DNA of 49,346 bases, the filler included, from Basidioascus undulatus (Eukaryota): the NCBI GenBank assembly GCA_000826855.1. It is 2 parts of 2 records of this genome, joined end to end, with 100 filler letters (N's around TTAATTAATTAA, not from the genome) between each part and the next. Parts side by side here need not be neighbours in the genome. Positions count along the whole stretch, not along the records: positions 30,178 to 49,346 come from JTLS01000431.1; 1 more part is not named here. One strand, 5' to 3'. The notes beneath the pieces were generated by a model. That model saw only the letters and a program-made list of their open reading frames with translations. It searched no databases and was not told where the DNA came from. The position numbers and the translations under genes are program-made. Shown piece by piece: positions 46,405 through 49,346 of the stretch (position 1 is the stretch's first letter; the number at the start of each line of letters is the position of its first letter).

Positions 46405-47956
46405 ATGGGACTGGTCACGCTGCTCTGGATGTGCGCCGCGATCCTGGTGGGGGCGTTCGGCATCGGCCTGCTGCCGGTCGAGTTCAAGCTCTCGGCGAGG
46501 CGGACAAAGGGGCTGGCCGTATACGGAGGTGCGCCCACTTCCTTCACGCTATGCTAGCCTATTTCATATGCTGAGGATCAGAGGGCGGGGCGGGTGATGA
46601 TAGCCGGCCTGCTCGTGGGCGCGAGCATAGGCGTGGTCATCCCCGAGGGGGTCGCTCAGCTGTATAGCAGCGTGCTTCCTGAGCACAATCACGGGAACGA
46701 GGGCAAGCACGGGGACGTGCCGCCCTCGTTCGTCCGCGCTGTCGCGGAGATCATGCACTCGGTGGGGGACGACTACGGGCTGCAGCACGACATTGGCGTC
46801 GCGTTGCTGGCGGGGTTCACGCTCATGTTCCTGTGCGCTCCAGCTCCCTCTCTCTACTCCTCTCAGTCGTACTCACCCCTCTCCGTCAGCGTCGACCAAT
46901 TTTCCGGCGGGCACCACCACTCGCACGCGCTGCCCGGCCCCTCTGCGCACCCGCAGCCGCAACCCGCCCGCGCCCGCTCCTCCTGGTACTCCTCCCTCGG
47001 CTCCTCCTCCGCGCACCCTTCCCCCGCGGCCCTCCCCACCTCCGCGACCGAGCACACGCCGCTCGCGCCCTCGCCGCTGGCTCCCACGCGCCCCTCCCTC
47101 GCCAGCGCGCCCCTCTCCCACCGCAAGTCCATCTCGCGCCTCTCGGGCGCCCCGCGCTTCGACGAGCGCACGGGCAAGGGCCGCGACGTCGCGACGACCC
47201 TCGGCCTAGTCATTCACTCCGCCGCGGACGGGATCGCCCTTGGCGCGAGCGCACGCAGCGACAAGATCGGCTTGAACCTGATCGTCTTCGCTGCGATGTG
47301 CTTGCATAAAGGTGCGTGCTGCACATCCTCTCCCCTCTCCCCTCTCTCTCCCCTCCCCGTACCAGCACGCCGTCTGACACCGCGGAGGGATGTGATGGCT
47401 GCGCGCTCGTAGGACCCGCCGCGATCGGCCTGGCCACCACACTCCTCTCCCTCCAGCCGCCGCTCCCCAAGCGCCGCATCCGCCTCGCAATCGCCATCTT
47501 CGCGCTCGCGTCCCCCCTGGGCGCGCTCGCGACGTACGGCGTACTCGGGCTGCTCCACACACAGCTCACGAACGTGGAGTACGGCACGGGCTGGGCGCTC
47601 CTCTTCTCGGGGGGAACGTGTGCGTCCAGTGGAGAGAACCTGTGAGAAGAGAGAAGCAGCGTGTGGCTGACTATGTGGGTGCGCGCGCCGGGAACAGTCT
47701 TGTATGTCGCGACTATGAGCCAGGATGTAGAGGGCGAGGGCGACGACGACGACGCGGGAGCGGGGGCAGGGGCAGGGGCGGGTGAGCTCCAGCTCGGGAA
47801 GATCAGGCGCGCGGCGCTGCTAATTGCTGGTGAGTTGCAGCTGCACAGAGAGCTTGGACTGTTGGCGCTTTGCGGACTTCATGCTGATCGTGGGTGTGTG
47901 CACCGGGACGGACAGGAATGTACTCTCCTGTACTGCTTAATCGTATTATCGGATAG
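46405..47956 (+). CDS. ATX2: ZIP-family (ATX2/ZIP9-like) metal transporter, multi-exon
   Basis: GLLVGASIGVVIPEG, IGVALLAGFTLMFLVDQ, His-rich loop HHHSH, TTLGLVIHSAADGIALGAS, LHKGPAAIG, ALLFSGGTVLYVAT. Confidence 0.9.
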
Positions 47957-49346
47957 ACGTTATTTGAGGACATGGAGTTAGATGGTATCACGCTATTTAA
48001 TACACTCTAGAGCGGATCGCGTACGTATGCCGTTGGGACCGGCCATCCACTTGAATCCGCCGTCATTGCAAGCTCACAAGCTCCGGTTGACGTCCTAACG
48101 CGAATATTCAAACACTCCAGATGATCAACTCCCGCACTCTCGTCCCACCTTACTGCCCGCAATCTAATGCTCTTCTTGGCGCTCTACACGTTTACGCAGC
48201 AGGCGCCGCCGCCGCGTCCACGACACCCCTGACCCAATGCTCCAGCGGTGTCCTAGCCGCCTGTGAAATGCAAGCAGTTGGACGCACGCGTCATGGCCTC
48301 GACCAATTCCTCATCATTTATAGTCGGCATAAGAAACCTTGGCACCGAGCTAATCCGAGCTCCTTCAGAATACCGGCCTTCGTGCCATCCTGAAGACAGA
48401 ACAAGCACTAGTCAGCTTGCGCTTTCATGTATGCATCGCTGCGAGATCCTCACCTGGCCCGTGAGCTCGCGACTCAAGACCCCAACTTTAAACTGTTCTT
48501 CTTCCGACGTGTTATGCTTGAGTAGCTCGCGGGCAATACGAGAGCCGACTGGCGGCGACTGAATTCGCCCTAGTCGCTTTTGTGAGCAGTCTATGGGCCA
48601 ATGGGAAGAGCTTGGAACGGGCCGAGGATGCAGGAGCAAACGAGCAGTTGGCGTGTTAAATATTCTTGCAGTCGACGGGAAGTCATGCGAAGATAGCAAA
48701 AGCCGTGTTTTTGCTTGAATGCTAGGGGATTGCCCATGTACGCAACTGGCTTCAGGATCCTTGTAGCAAGAGGCTCGTGCACGACCATCTGGAAGGAAGA
48801 GCCTCTTTAAACGTCCTGCGCAGAAGCGTCAGCGGTTCGACCAATGCTTGAGAGGCAGGAATGGGGTATTTTTGTGTATCTTCTATTAATTTAGAATAAC
48901 AACGTTTTTGACTCAACGGATGGACACAGAGAGAGACATGAGAGTGACATGATGAGGCCCACAACGCTCCGTGTTCATGTCTGCGTCCCAAGGCCCCCAT
49001 CGGCGAGAATACACGGTGTATTAGAAAGATGTATTTTGACTAGAAGGATCAAGGGCATATTCGCATGGAGAACAGTAGGCGAAAGCAGTGGTTTGGAAAC
49101 ATATGGGCTGTGACATTGACACTGACAGTGACAGCAACCCACCACCGGGCCGGACACGTCTCTCGCTCTCTCGGCTAGGAACTTGTCACCCACCCGCCTT
49201 CGCGTTGACTGTGATCGCCGTGCAGGATGGCGACGGCGCACCGGTCGTCGGTCTCACACACACGCTCTCGCGCGTCGATACCGCTCTTGCCCTCCTTCCC
49301 CCCGCCCCCCACCAGTCTCCCGACGCCCGCATCACCGCCCAAGCGA

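Noticed and set aside
43242..47956. LPMO plus ZIP transporter as a copper/metal gene cluster
   Set aside because: ATX2/ZIP9-like proteins are housekeeping secretory-pathway Mn/Zn transporters; adjacency alone is not evidence.
1..49346. CRISPR arrays, rRNA, intact transposase/RT genes, secondary-metabolite cluster
   Set aside because: No repeat-spacer arrays, rRNA-like sequence, RT/integrase/DDE motifs or PKS/NRPS domains were recognised by eye.

Overview
Eukaryotic, intron-rich fungal DNA. Short GT-AG introns, GTGCGT/GTGAGT/GTACGT donors and CTRAY branch sites point to a basidiomycete (inference). Most ORFs in the supplied track are exon fragments or antisense shadows, so I spliced genes by eye. 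Conserved GC-rich genes: ABM-domain protein, divergent cyclophilin, ILV1, phosphopentomutase/PGM2, a mitochondrial carrier head-to-head with NADP-isocitrate dehydrogenase, a double-PHD protein, CKS1, a TPR-like mitochondrial protein, an AA9-like LPMO, tRNA-Thr(AGT) and an ATX2/ZIP9-like transporter. These alternate with visibly less GC-rich blocks holding lineage-specific genes and relics (F-box/LRR-like pseudogenes, orphan 3' gene fragments that retain introns, a stop-interrupted secreted Cys protein, a possible Ulp1-like relic). The best candidate for something undescribed is an intact six-exon gene (22942-24574, minus) not visible as one ORF. It joins two N-terminal hydrophobic helices to a C-terminal PD-(D/E)xK nuclease-like motif set. 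An artificial N44-TTAATTAATTAA-N44 spacer at 30078-30177 truncates two genes, so adjacency across it is unproven. All calls are manual; no searches were run.
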